From contig DASXLH010000269.1 in the NCBI GenBank assembly GCA_036496335.1, forward strand, positions 1-32,865: DNA of 32,865 nucleotides, read 5' to 3'. The position numbers were made by a program, and so were the translations under genes. Source of the DNA: Acidimicrobiales bacterium (GTDB lineage Bacteria > Actinomycetota > Acidimicrobiia > Acidimicrobiales > CADCSY01). The notes beneath the pieces are model-generated. The model made no database searches, was not told the origin of the DNA, and worked only from the letters and a program-made list of their open reading frames with translations. This document shows positions 1-8,817 of this stretch, one piece after another (within the stretch, counting starts at the first letter, position 1; every line of letters begins with the position of its first letter).

Positions 1-1
1 C

Positions 2-157
2 AAGCACGCCATCGACGTCGCCGAGACCACCGACCGCCGGACGGCCCGCGAGTTCGACCGGATGGCGCAGACCCTGCTCTTCATGTCCGACGACTTCAAG
101 GACAAGGTCAGCGCGTTCAACAACGCCAGCGCCGCCCGTCAGGCCACCCGGGGCTGA
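2..157 (+). CDS. 3' end of a crotonase/enoyl-CoA hydratase-like gene (partial; start lies outside the window)
   Basis: The frame is open from the window edge to TGA at 155-157. The tail ...TLLFMSDDFKDKVSAFNNASAARQATRG resembles the C-terminal D-x-x-E/K-x-x-x-AF helix of crotonase-fold proteins. It is absent from the ORF track because it has no start in the window. Confidence 0.4.
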   Translation, partial: KHAIDVAETTDRRTAREFDRMAQTLLFMSDDFKDKVSAFNNASAARQATRG

Positions 158-191
158 CCATCCCTCCCGGGCCCGTGGTGGCCCGGGACGC

Positions 192-1106
192 TCAGCGGTC
201 GGGGTCCTTCTGGATGACCGCCTCGGCGAAGCGCCCGACCTCATCATGGAGCTGGCCGAGGCTGCGGGCCGAGGCGACGATGCCCATCCAGGTGACGCCG
301 GTGTCGGCGTAGCGCTGGCGGTTGCCGGCGATGGCGGCCGTGGCTTCGTCCCAGTCGCGGATGGCCCGCTCGAAGGGAGCGAAGCAGATCTCGAACGGCG
401 CCCCGCCGGCCTCCTGGCGGTACTGCAGCATCGTGTCGATCTTCTCCTTGAGGTGCTCGAAGGTCGACAAGGGCGGTGTCTTGCTGACGGCCGCCTCGGC
501 CTCGTCGACCGACATGGGGAGCCAGCCGTCGGCCATGGTGGCGGCGCGGCGCATGGCCAGGGTCCCGTTGCCGCCGATCCAGATCGGGATGTCGGCCTGC
601 ACCGGCTTCGGGAACATGGTGTGACCGTGGGCGGCGTACTCCCCGTCCCGGTCGACGGACTCGCCCGTCCAGGCCGCCCGCATGGCGGGGATGGCCTCGT
701 CGAGCCGGTGCCCGCGGCCCTGGTAGGGGGCGCCGAGGGCGGCGAACTCCGCCTCGAGGTAGCCGGCCGCCAGACCCACGATCATCCGCCCCCCGGAGAA
801 CCGGTCGATGGTGGCCAGGGCCTGGGCGGCGACGTAGGGGCTGCGGTAGCCCGAGACGAGGATGTTGGTCAGCAGCTTGATCCGGGTGGTGCGCTCGCCG
901 ATGGCGGCCAGCGACACGAACGGATCGAAGGAGATGTGGCCGTACTTCAGCCAGCCGTCCTCGGGGAAGGGGTGGTCGTAGACGGACACCGCATCGAAGC
1001 CGGCCTCCTCGGCGAAGACCCCGAAGTCGCTGAAGCGACCCTCGTCGCCCAACCAGCTCTCGATGAACTTCCCGGCCCTGTTGGGGAACTGCAGGCTGTA
1101 GCGCAC
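192..1106 (-). CDS. LLM-class (luciferase-like) flavin/F420-dependent oxidoreductase
   Basis: 304-aa ORF with GC3-rich codon usage. Typical LLM TIM-barrel segments are present (FDAVSVYDHP, GRMIVGLAAGY, IPIWIGGNG). Confidence 0.75.
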   Translation of the reverse strand: MRYSLQFPNRAGKFIESWLGDEGRFSDFGVFAEEAGFDAVSVYDHPFPEDGWLKYGHISFDPFVSLAAIGERTTRIKLLTNILVSGYRSPYVAAQALATIDRFSGGRMIVGLAAGYLEAEFAALGAPYQGRGHRLDEAIPAMRAAWTGESVDRDGEYAAHGHTMFPKPVQADIPIWIGGNGTLAMRRAATMADGWLPMSVDEAEAAVSKTPPLSTFEHLKEKIDTMLQYRQEAGGAPFEICFAPFERAIRDWDEATAAIAGNRQRYADTGVTWMGIVASARSLGQLHDEVGRFAEAVIQKDPDR

Positions 1107-1264
1107 GCCGCGGATCCTAGGAAGCCAGGCGGGTCCGTGCCGGGTGGACGTGGAGGGGTCGGGGGTGGGCGCCGGACGCTACGGTCGGGCGCCGATCGCG
1201 GGCGCAGGGCCCGGTCCGAGGGGAGAGCGTCGATGACTGGTCAGCCGATGGCGGGACACGGGCT

Positions 1265-2410
1265 GTGAGCCGCCGGGTGGCGATCGCCGGGGTCGGCGCG
1301 TCGTACGTCGGCCGGGGCGAGACGGCGACGCCGTACTCCCTGATGGCCAGCTCGTCACGGGCGGCGCTGGCCGAGACCGGCCTCACCCCGGCCGACATCG
1401 ACGGCCTCGGGTCCACCAGCGTTGGCACCCTGCAACCCATCGACGTGGCCGAGTACCTCGGCCTCAAGCCCCGGTGGATGGACTCGACGGCCGTGGGCGG
1501 ATCGGCCTGGGAGGTCATGGCCGCGCACGCCGTCGACGCCATCGCCGAGGGCCACGCCGACGTGATCCTGCTCACCTACGGCTCGACCGCCCGTTCCGAC
1601 ATCCGCAACGGCTTGCGGGGGGCCAACCTCGACTGGGGCTCGAGGGGCCCGCAGCAGTGGGAGGCGCCCTACGGGATCAGCCTCATTTCCAAGTACGCCA
1701 TGGCCGCCCGGCGGCACATGGCCGACTACGGCACCACGCTCGAGCAGTTCGCCGAGGTGGCGGTCTCGGCCCGCTACAACGCCGGCTTCAACCCGGATGC
1801 CCAGACCCGTGACCCCATCACGGTCGACGACGTGCTCGGCAGCCGGATGATCGCCGACCCATTCACGGCCTTGCAGTGCTGCCTGCGATCCGACGGCGGG
1901 GCGGCTGCCGTGCTGGTGGCCGAGGACCGCGTCGCCGACCTGCCAGGCAAGCCGGTGTGGGTGCTCGGGGCCGGCGAGCACGGCTCGCACGTCTCGATGG
2001 GCCAGTGGGCCGACTTCACCACAGGCCCTGCAGCCGTGTCGGGCCGCCTCGCCTTCGAGCGGTCCGGCGTGACCCCCGGCGACATCGACGTGTGCGAGCT
2101 GTACGACGCCTTCACCAACATGCTGCTGATGAACCTCGAGGATCTCGGCTTCTGCGGCAAGGGCGAGGGTGGCGCGTTCGTCGAGGACGGCAAGCTCCGC
2201 CTCGGCGGCGCCCTTCCCACCAACACCGACGGGGGTGGGCTGAGCGCCTGCCATCCCGGCCAGCGGGGTCTGTTCCTGTTGGTCGAGGCCACCCGCCAGC
2301 TGCGGGGCGAGGCCGGGGAGCGCCAGGTGCCCGACGCCGAGCTGGCCTGCGTCAGCGGCACCGGCGGCTGGTTCTGCTCGAGCGGCACGATGATCCTCGG
2401 CAACGCCTGA
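1265..2410 (+). CDS. Thiolase-fold protein, SCP-x / nonspecific lipid-transfer type (thiolase-like acetyltransferase)
   Basis: 381 aa with a GTG start. It has the N-terminal VAIAGVG motif and the C-terminal NTDGGGLSACHPGQRG motif typical of SCP-x-type thiolases. Confidence 0.75.
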   Translation: MSRRVAIAGVGASYVGRGETATPYSLMASSSRAALAETGLTPADIDGLGSTSVGTLQPIDVAEYLGLKPRWMDSTAVGGSAWEVMAAHAVDAIAEGHADVILLTYGSTARSDIRNGLRGANLDWGSRGPQQWEAPYGISLISKYAMAARRHMADYGTTLEQFAEVAVSARYNAGFNPDAQTRDPITVDDVLGSRMIADPFTALQCCLRSDGGAAAVLVAEDRVADLPGKPVWVLGAGEHGSHVSMGQWADFTTGPAAVSGRLAFERSGVTPGDIDVCELYDAFTNMLLMNLEDLGFCGKGEGGAFVEDGKLRLGGALPTNTDGGGLSACHPGQRGLFLLVEATRQLRGEAGERQVPDAELACVSGTGGWFCSSGTMILGNA

Positions 2411-2415
2411 CGTCC

Positions 2416-3924
2416 GTGCCCGTCGCCCCCGAGCCGCCCCTCCGGGGCGACTTCGCCACGCTGGCCGAGGCCTTCGACGCGGCGGGCGAGCAGCTGGCCG
2501 ACGTCGAGGCCTACGTCGACGGTGCCCGGCGGATCACGTTCGGGCAGTGGGTCCGGGCCGCCGACGGGGTGGCCGCCGGACTGGCGGCACGAGGCGTGCG
2601 ACCGGGCGACGTGGTGGCGGTCATGCTGCCACCGTCGATCGACTTCGCCATCGCCTTCGCCGCCATCGCCAAGGTGGGTGCGGTCGCCACCGGGCTCAAC
2701 ATCCGCCTCGGTCCCGACGAGGTGGCCGCCATCTCCGCCCGCTGCCGGCCCGTGCTGGTCTTCGTGGGCGACGGCCCCCGACCGGGGGGTCTTCCCGAGG
2801 AGACGGCCACGATCGACCGGTCGACGCTGCAGGACCTGACCCTGGCGCCGGCACCGGATGGGCCGGCTCATCGAGGCGCGCCCGGGGACCCGGCCGTCAT
2901 CGTCTGGACCAGCGGCACCACCGGCCTCCCGAAGGGCGCCTGGTTCGACCACGACAACCTTCGTGCCGCGGTCACCACCGCCGGCGCCATGACCGACCCG
3001 TACGACCGGCGCCTCATGTCCGTCCCCTTCGCCCACGCCGGCTACCTGGCCAAGGTGTGGGAGCAGCTGGTCTGGGCGACGACCCTGGTCATCAGCCCCA
3101 CCCCGTGGTCGGTCGACGACATGTGCCGCCTGCTGGTGGAGGAGCGGATCTCGGTGGCCGGGGCGGTGCCGACCCAGTGGGCCAAGCTCCTCGAGCAGCC
3201 CGGGCTCACCCGGGCCGACGTCCCCGCCCTGCGCATCGGCGTGGCGGCCACCGCCCCCGCTCCGCCCGAGCTGGTGGAGCGGGTCGTCGAGCGACTCGGC
3301 TGCCCCCTCGTCGTCCGCTACGCCATGACGGAGTCGCCCTCGATCTGCGGGACGGAGCCGGGTGATGCGCCCGAAGTCCTCTATCGCACGGTCGGTCGCC
3401 CACAGGCCGGGCTCGAGCTCTCGATCCGGCGGGACGACGGCACCGAGGTGGCGCCGGGGGAGACCGGGCGGGTCCACGTCCGGGGCGGGTGCGTGATGCG
3501 CGGCTACTGGGGCGAGCCCGAGCTCACCGCCGAGACGCTGGTGAGCGACGGCTGGCTGCGCAGCGGCGACCTCGGCCATCTCGACCCGGCCGGCAACCTC
3601 GTGCTCGACGGTCGGGTCGGCGACATGTACATCCGGGGTGGCTACAACGTCTACCCGCTCGAGGTCGAGAACGTCCTGGCCGAGCACCCGGGCGTCGACC
3701 AGGTGGCCGTGGTCGGCGCGCCGGCCGAGGTCATCGGCGAGATCGGCGTCGCCTTCGTGGTGCCGACGGCGGGTGGCGGAGCCCCGACGGTCGAGGACCT
3801 GCGGGCATGGACCAGAGCCAGACTGGCCGACTACAAGGCCCCCGACCGTCTCGTGCTGGTCGACGCCCTCCCCCTCACCTCGATGATGAAGGTCGACAAG
3901 CTCGCCCTGCGGGCCCGACTCTGA
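2416..3924 (+). CDS. AMP-forming acyl-CoA synthetase / fatty-acid-CoA ligase
   Basis: This is the in-frame GTG at 2416, 5 nt after the thiolase stop; the longer track ORF (1876-) overlaps the thiolase gene. Adenylation motifs are present: IVWTSGTTGLPKGA, GYWGEPE, SGDLGHLDPAGNLVLDGRVGD and a C-terminal MMKVDK lysine. Confidence 0.85.
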   Translation: MPVAPEPPLRGDFATLAEAFDAAGEQLADVEAYVDGARRITFGQWVRAADGVAAGLAARGVRPGDVVAVMLPPSIDFAIAFAAIAKVGAVATGLNIRLGPDEVAAISARCRPVLVFVGDGPRPGGLPEETATIDRSTLQDLTLAPAPDGPAHRGAPGDPAVIVWTSGTTGLPKGAWFDHDNLRAAVTTAGAMTDPYDRRLMSVPFAHAGYLAKVWEQLVWATTLVISPTPWSVDDMCRLLVEERISVAGAVPTQWAKLLEQPGLTRADVPALRIGVAATAPAPPELVERVVERLGCPLVVRYAMTESPSICGTEPGDAPEVLYRTVGRPQAGLELSIRRDDGTEVAPGETGRVHVRGGCVMRGYWGEPELTAETLVSDGWLRSGDLGHLDPAGNLVLDGRVGDMYIRGGYNVYPLEVENVLAEHPGVDQVAVVGAPAEVIGEIGVAFVVPTAGGGAPTVEDLRAWTRARLADYKAPDRLVLVDALPLTSMMKVDKLALRARL

Positions 3925-3933
3925 CCCACCCCT

Positions 3934-3984
3934 CGTTCCGGGAGTGGTTTCGGCACCTGGGAAGCCGAAACCACTCCCAGAACG
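3934..3984. terminator. Long near-perfect hairpin between convergent genes (candidate bidirectional terminator / REP-like element)
   Basis: The arms are CGTTCCGGGAGTGGTTTCGGC (3934-3954) and GCCGAAACCACTCCCAGAACG (3964-3984). They pair at 20 of 21 positions around a 9-nt loop. The element sits between the TGA at 3922-3924 (+) and the stop at 3995-3997 (-). Confidence 0.6.
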
Positions 3985-3994
3985 GGAAGGGGGG

Positions 3995-6106
3995 TCAGCT
4001 GACGACGATGCGGGCCGAGGCGAGGTTCTCGACCCGGCGGAACTCGGCGGTGACGTCGCCGTCCCGCCGGGACCGGACCCGGGCGGTGACGAAGTACGTG
4101 CCGGGCTGGTCGTAGGTGTGCGTGGTCGACAGCGTGACCGAGGCGGCCGTGCCGTCGACGTCGTGGGCGAACGGGAACGAGCCCCAGCCGTCGAAGTCCC
4201 ACTCGACCCCGACGATGGTCCCGGCGCCGGCCGGCACGTCGGCCTGCACCTCGACGGTGACGGTCGAGCCCACGGCGACGTCGGCCCGCTCCCCGCCGTT
4301 GGCCGTCACCCGCACGACCGGCTGGACGCCGCCGCGCTCGGCGGCGGTGGCCGGCAGGGTGACCTGGCCGTCGGCGTAGGTGTAGGCGGTCGAGGCCGGG
4401 GCCACGCCCTCCTCCACCCACCGGCACAGATCGACCAGGCCCTGCTCGATGGCCGGGAAGTAGTCGACCAGCCAGGTGTTGGAGGCCCGCACGGCCGAGG
4501 ACGGGAGGAAGCCTGGGCCCATGTGCTCGGCGTTCTCCGTCCACTGGAGTCGGAACTTCTCGGCTGCCGCGTCCGGCCCCTGGGCGGCCCGCACGGCGGC
4601 CTCGTAGATGATCCCCTGGCTGGGCCACAGCGACGAGTCGTGGGTGTGGTGGATCCACAGCACCTTGCCCTCGTACTGCCCGGTGTAGGAGACGCCCATG
4701 AGCGGCGACATGAGCGGCACCGGGTGCTGGGAGTAGACGGGCCGGCCACCCACCCGGAGCGAGTCGAACTGCTTGTCGTCCATCACGTGGTGACGGCCGA
4801 AGTAGCAGAAGGCCAGGAACTTGCGGTTGTCGACGTGGACCCGGTCGCCCGCCTGCACGCCGTCGAAGCGCAGGAGGTTGGCCTCACCGTGCCCGTCGCA
4901 GGAGAACAGGTCGCCGGAGATGCCGATGGCGTAGAGCTGGCGTCCGGCGGCGCCGCCGCTCTCCAGGAGGATCCCGGCCCCGAGGCGGTAGCCGTCGGGC
5001 AGGCCGGCGATCTGGATGGCGTAGGGCATGTCGAGGCCGCCCTGGGTGACCATGATCCCGGCCATCGTCCGCATGAGGGCGTACTCGTCGCCCTTGAAGT
5101 CGTCGCCCCAGATGAGGTCGCGGGCGGTGACCACGCGACTGACGGTGGTGTGCACGTCGAGGATGTCGTCCTCGACCGCCGACGGCAGGTCGTGGCCGAT
5201 GTAGCCGGGCTTGGTCCAGAAGTTCTCGAAGTACTCGCGGTCCTGCTCGACCAGCAGGTCGGCGATCGACGACCACAGCCAGATCTGGCCCATGGGGGTG
5301 AAGGCCATGAACTCGTCGCCGAAGGGGAAGCCCTGGCGGTAGAGGGAGGCCAGCTCCTCGCGCTCGTGGGTGGTGAGCCCTTCGAACGGGTCGCCGCTGC
5401 CGCCCGGCTGCATCGAGTCGATGACCCGCCGCATCTTCTCCGGGTCGCGCAGCAGGCGCTGGACGTTGAACATGGAGGCGAAGCTCATGACCTGGGCGCC
5501 CTGGATGCGCTCGGTGGCGGGGAAGGGGCGGACGTCGCCGCCGCCCATGAACGGCAGGCACCCGTCGTAGACGTCGGGGGCGTTCTCGATGCACAGCGGC
5601 GAGCGGCGGCCACCCCCGCTGCCGCCCCACACATAGGAGTGGTCGGGGGCGGCGCCGTAGACCTGAGCGGCGATGTGCTTGGAGAAGCGGGCGCTCTCGG
5701 CCGCGGCCCGCCAGCCGTAGATGGTGGGGTCGTCACCGGCCTTGGGGTCGATGTCGTCGCCGATGTGACCCATGTTCGACTCGACCATGTACCCGCCCAG
5801 CCGGGCGGTGAGGGAGAGCCCGCCGATGGCGTCGCCGAGGCCGGCCCCGAAGAAGTCCTCATGGCCGGCGTGAGCGCCTTCCATGGGCTGGAACATCCGG
5901 CCCTGCCACTTGTCTTCCGGGGGGAAGTAGAACGTGAAGCGGGTGTCGCCACCCTCGAAGCCGCCGTGGACGTGGCGGTGCGGCGACGGCTTCTCCCGCC
6001 ACTCGTCGGTGTCGACGTACGGCCGGCCGAAGTAGCTGTCGGTCACCTGGTACGACGCCGTCTCCAGCTCGGGCATCGAGGTCGAGGTGGTCGAGGTCTC
6101 GGTCAT
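3995..6106 (-). CDS. Large uncharacterised alpha/beta-hydrolase-like protein (tannase/feruloyl-esterase-like nucleophile region) with a C-terminal PKD/Ig-like domain
   Basis: The start is taken at ATG 6106, preceded by GGGGGAACC; the track ORF extends to 6148. WGGSGGGRRSPLCIENAPDVYDGCLPFMGG parallels the tannase-family G-C-S-x-G-G-R ... P-D-x-F-D-G block. The C-terminal VEWDFDGWGSF...THTYDQPGTYFVTARV is PKD-like. No N-terminal signal peptide is visible. Confidence 0.5.
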   Translation of the reverse strand: MTETSTTSTSMPELETASYQVTDSYFGRPYVDTDEWREKPSPHRHVHGGFEGGDTRFTFYFPPEDKWQGRMFQPMEGAHAGHEDFFGAGLGDAIGGLSLTARLGGYMVESNMGHIGDDIDPKAGDDPTIYGWRAAAESARFSKHIAAQVYGAAPDHSYVWGGSGGGRRSPLCIENAPDVYDGCLPFMGGGDVRPFPATERIQGAQVMSFASMFNVQRLLRDPEKMRRVIDSMQPGGSGDPFEGLTTHEREELASLYRQGFPFGDEFMAFTPMGQIWLWSSIADLLVEQDREYFENFWTKPGYIGHDLPSAVEDDILDVHTTVSRVVTARDLIWGDDFKGDEYALMRTMAGIMVTQGGLDMPYAIQIAGLPDGYRLGAGILLESGGAAGRQLYAIGISGDLFSCDGHGEANLLRFDGVQAGDRVHVDNRKFLAFCYFGRHHVMDDKQFDSLRVGGRPVYSQHPVPLMSPLMGVSYTGQYEGKVLWIHHTHDSSLWPSQGIIYEAAVRAAQGPDAAAEKFRLQWTENAEHMGPGFLPSSAVRASNTWLVDYFPAIEQGLVDLCRWVEEGVAPASTAYTYADGQVTLPATAAERGGVQPVVRVTANGGERADVAVGSTVTVEVQADVPAGAGTIVGVEWDFDGWGSFPFAHDVDGTAASVTLSTTHTYDQPGTYFVTARVRSRRDGDVTAEFRRVENLASARIVVS

Positions 6107-6245
6107 GGTTCCCCCTGGGGTCGCGCCGGAGCCCTTGCCGTGGGGCACGAGGGCGGGGCGAACCTACTGACGGCAGCCGTCGGAGTCAACGGCGTTCACT
6201 GCGTCGACATCGATGGCGGAGGTCGGCGGCGTGACCCCCCGGCGC

Positions 6246-6800
6246 TCATCCCGCCCGGGACCGGGCTCCGTCGAGGAGGAGATCGAGGGTCTCGGTGAAC
6301 GTGCCGTCCGCCTCGTCGACGTCGTCGCCGATGTGCAGCAGCAGATCGCCGGCGGTGAGCAGCACCAGGGCCAGGGTCACCCGCTTGGCATCGGCCGTGC
6401 TCAGCCCCGCCTCGCACAACGGGGTGAGCACCAGCTTGGCCACGTTGGGCGAGCTGAACTCGGTGAGGTGCTCGCCCATGTAGGCGGCCATGCCCGGGTA
6501 GGCGCCGAGGAGACGGTGGACGTCGACCATCACCGATCGGGCCCGGCTGAAGCCGTCGGCGTCGGGTGGGCCCGGTTCGATCCTGGCGTAGAGCTCCTCG
6601 GCCACCAGGCGCAGCAGGTCGTGCTTGCTGCGGACGTGGTTGTAGGTGGCGCCGAGGGCCACGCCGAGCCGGCTCGACAGCGCGCGCATGGTGAGCCCGG
6701 TCACGCCCCGCTCGGCCAGGATCTCCATGGCGGTGGCCACGATCGTGGCCTCGGACAGGCCGCCCGGGCGGTCGAGGTCCGTCGTGGCGTCGACCTGCAC
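6246..6800 (-). CDS. TetR/AcrR family transcriptional regulator
   Basis: 184 aa with a GTG start. The N-terminal HTH region is IVATAMEILAERGVTGLTMRALSSRLGVALGATYNHVRSKHDLL. Confidence 0.85.
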   Translation of the reverse strand: MQVDATTDLDRPGGLSEATIVATAMEILAERGVTGLTMRALSSRLGVALGATYNHVRSKHDLLRLVAEELYARIEPGPPDADGFSRARSVMVDVHRLLGAYPGMAAYMGEHLTEFSSPNVAKLVLTPLCEAGLSTADAKRVTLALVLLTAGDLLLHIGDDVDEADGTFTETLDLLLDGARSRAG

Positions 6801-6873
6801 GTTCGGAGGTTACGGGGGCGCGATCCGGTCCCGCCCCTTCGCGGGTGCGGGGACGGCAACGATCCCGGGCGGA

Positions 6874-7356
6874 TCAGGCCTCGAACCGGGCCTTGAGGTT
6901 GGTGAGCGTGGCGGCGATGGCGTGCTCGAAGTTGCGGATGAGCCGCTCGAAGTCCTCGTCCGTCGCGCCCTCGAGCTGGGTATAGGGGCGCAGGATCCGC
7001 CAGGTCTCCTCCACCTGTGTCCCGCCGTCGACGGGCTCGAACGTGTAGCCCCAGCGGATGAGGCCCGGGATGTCGTCGCGATTCGGCTCACCGGGGTCAC
7101 CGAGGTTCTCCCAGGCGAACTCCCGATCCGGATCGGCCGCCACGACCCGGACCCGTATCTTCCAGGCGCGCTCGCGCCAGACGTTCGAGCCGATGAAGTA
7201 GGCACCGACACCCCTGGCGTCGTCCTCCCATGACCCGCCGACGCACTGGGGGCTGATCTCGCCGATGGACGGCATGTCGGCGATGAAGTCGTAGAGGGCG
7301 TCGGGCGGCGCGTCGACGACGACGGAACCTGACGCGTGCACGGCGCTGATGTCCAT
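6874..7356 (-). CDS. SRPBCC family protein (polyketide cyclase/dehydrase-like ligand-binding fold)
   Basis: 160 aa. It begins with the typical V..APPDALYDFIADM start, and its size and pattern fit START/Bet v1-like SRPBCC proteins. It lies 73 bp upstream of the TetR gene on the same strand. Confidence 0.65.
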   Translation of the reverse strand: MDISAVHASGSVVVDAPPDALYDFIADMPSIGEISPQCVGGSWEDDARGVGAYFIGSNVWRERAWKIRVRVVAADPDREFAWENLGDPGEPNRDDIPGLIRWGYTFEPVDGGTQVEETWRILRPYTQLEGATDEDFERLIRNFEHAIAATLTNLKARFEA

Positions 7357-7449
7357 CGCCGGATCCTCTCACGCCGCTCGCCTGCTCCGACGGGAGGCGC
7401 CGACTGGCTACGGTGCCGGCGATCGAGGGGCACCGAGGGAGGGATCACC

Positions 7450-7878
7450 GTGGGAGCAGCGCAAGAAGCCGTCGTGACGAGGTTCATGGACGCCTGGGGC
7501 GACGGCACCGTGGAGGAGCCGGACGTCGAGACGATCGTGTCGATGTTCTCGGACGACGCGGTGTGGCAGCTCTGGGTGCCGGGCGGCCCGACCCTCGTGG
7601 GCAGGGAGGCCATCCGCAAGGACATCGCCCGCCAGGTGACCTTCGCCCGGTTCATGCGCTGCGGGCCGATCCACCTCACGTCCAACGACCGGGTGGTGTT
7701 CACCGAGCGACTCGACACCTTCCGGTCGGGCGAGGTCACGGTCCAGCACGCCCTGGTGGCCGTGTTCGAGGTGGACGATGACGGCCTCATCGCCGCCTGG
7801 CGGGAGTACTTCGACCCGGGCGACGTCAACCGTCAGCTCAAGGCCGCCAACGCCGTGGTGCCCCGCGCCGACGTCTGA
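7450..7878 (+). CDS. SnoaL-like / limonene-1,2-epoxide hydrolase-like NTF2-fold protein
   Basis: GTG 7450 is preceded by GAGGGAGGGA; the track ORF starts at 7336 and overlaps the divergent gene. The sequence VTRFMDAWGDG...MFSDDAVWQ...AAWREYFD is an NTF2/SnoaL pattern. Confidence 0.6.
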   Translation: MGAAQEAVVTRFMDAWGDGTVEEPDVETIVSMFSDDAVWQLWVPGGPTLVGREAIRKDIARQVTFARFMRCGPIHLTSNDRVVFTERLDTFRSGEVTVQHALVAVFEVDDDGLIAAWREYFDPGDVNRQLKAANAVVPRADV

Positions 7879-7888
7879 GCGGCCCGAT

Positions 7889-8668
7889 TCACTGCATGCG
7901 GGTGAGGCGGGAGAACTGGGACTCGGAGCCCAGCCCCCCGTCGGCCACGATGGCCTGACCGGTGACGTACGAGGCCTGGTCGCCGGCCAGGAAGAGCGCG
8001 ACCCCGGCGATCTCCTCCGGCTGGGCCAGCCGGCCGACCGGCGGGGAGTCCTTGGCGGCATCGGCCAGCGGACCGTCGGGGAGGGCGTAGAGCATGGGCG
8101 GCGTGGCCGTCATGCCCGGGCAGACGCAGTTGACCCGGATCCCTTGACGGGCGTGGTCGACGGCCAGCGCCCGCACCAGCCCGATCACGGCCGCCTTGGT
8201 GCAGGAGTAGCCGACCTGGCCGGCGTCGGCCGCCAACCCCGATATCGACGCGGTGGCGACGATCACGCCACCGCCCCGCTCCGCCATGTGGGGCACCGCG
8301 TACTTGGCCCCGTGGAAGAGCGACGAGACGTTGGTTCGCCACATCAGGTCCCAACCGTCGGTCGGCAGGTCGAGGGCGGTACCGGGCACGCTGACCCCGG
8401 CGTTGTTGAACAGGACGTCGAGCTGGCCGAACTCGCGGATGGCGGTCTCGACCATGGCCTCGACCTGGGCCGGATCGCTGATGTCGGTCTCACTCGCCAC
8501 GGCCCGGCCGCCGGCGGCGATGATCTCCTCCGTCGTGCCGTTGGCCCGCTTGCCTCTGACGTCGGCGACGACGACGGCGGCGCCCTCCGATGCGAACAGG
8601 TTGGCGCTGGCCCGGCCGATGCCGGAACCCGCACCCGTCACGATGGCGACCTTCCCACTGAGCTGCAT
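7889..8668 (-). CDS. SDR family NAD(P)-dependent oxidoreductase
   Basis: The start is at MQLSGKVAIVTGAGSGIGRA (ATG 8668). NNAG, the catalytic YSCTKAAV (YxxxK) and the C-terminal GQAIVADGG are present. Confidence 0.85.
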   Translation of the reverse strand: MQLSGKVAIVTGAGSGIGRASANLFASEGAAVVVADVRGKRANGTTEEIIAAGGRAVASETDISDPAQVEAMVETAIREFGQLDVLFNNAGVSVPGTALDLPTDGWDLMWRTNVSSLFHGAKYAVPHMAERGGGVIVATASISGLAADAGQVGYSCTKAAVIGLVRALAVDHARQGIRVNCVCPGMTATPPMLYALPDGPLADAAKDSPPVGRLAQPEEIAGVALFLAGDQASYVTGQAIVADGGLGSESQFSRLTRMQ

Positions 8669-8817
8669 GGGCGAGAGCTTGGCACCTCGCCCCGGGCCAC
8701 ACCGCTTGTCCCGGTGCCAGAGCGTTCGGTCGGCGGCCAACTGTGGCCGGTTCGGGACCATGCGAAGATCGATGCGACGCCGCACGACGACCGCGGCCCA
8801 CGATCGGGGAGACGACG

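Noticed and set aside
1142-1169. G-run cluster (GGG-N10-GGGG-N2-GGGGG-N1-GGG), a potential G-quadruplex in the LLM/thiolase divergent promoter region
   Set aside because: Such G-tracts are expected frequently at this GC content. Nothing else supports a specific function.
1774-3687. 637-aa - strand ORF, plus the 1355-2254 and 1876-2415 extensions
   Set aside because: These are shadow ORFs opposite the thiolase and acyl-CoA ligase genes. They are Arg/Pro/Gly-rich nonsense typical of high-GC DNA lacking stop codons in the antisense frames.
3944-6298. 784-aa + strand ORF
   Set aside because: It is an antisense shadow of the 703-aa hydrolase gene. The translation is low-complexity (Gly/Arg/Val/Asp-rich) with no recognisable domain, whereas the minus-strand frame has coherent motifs and GC3 bias.
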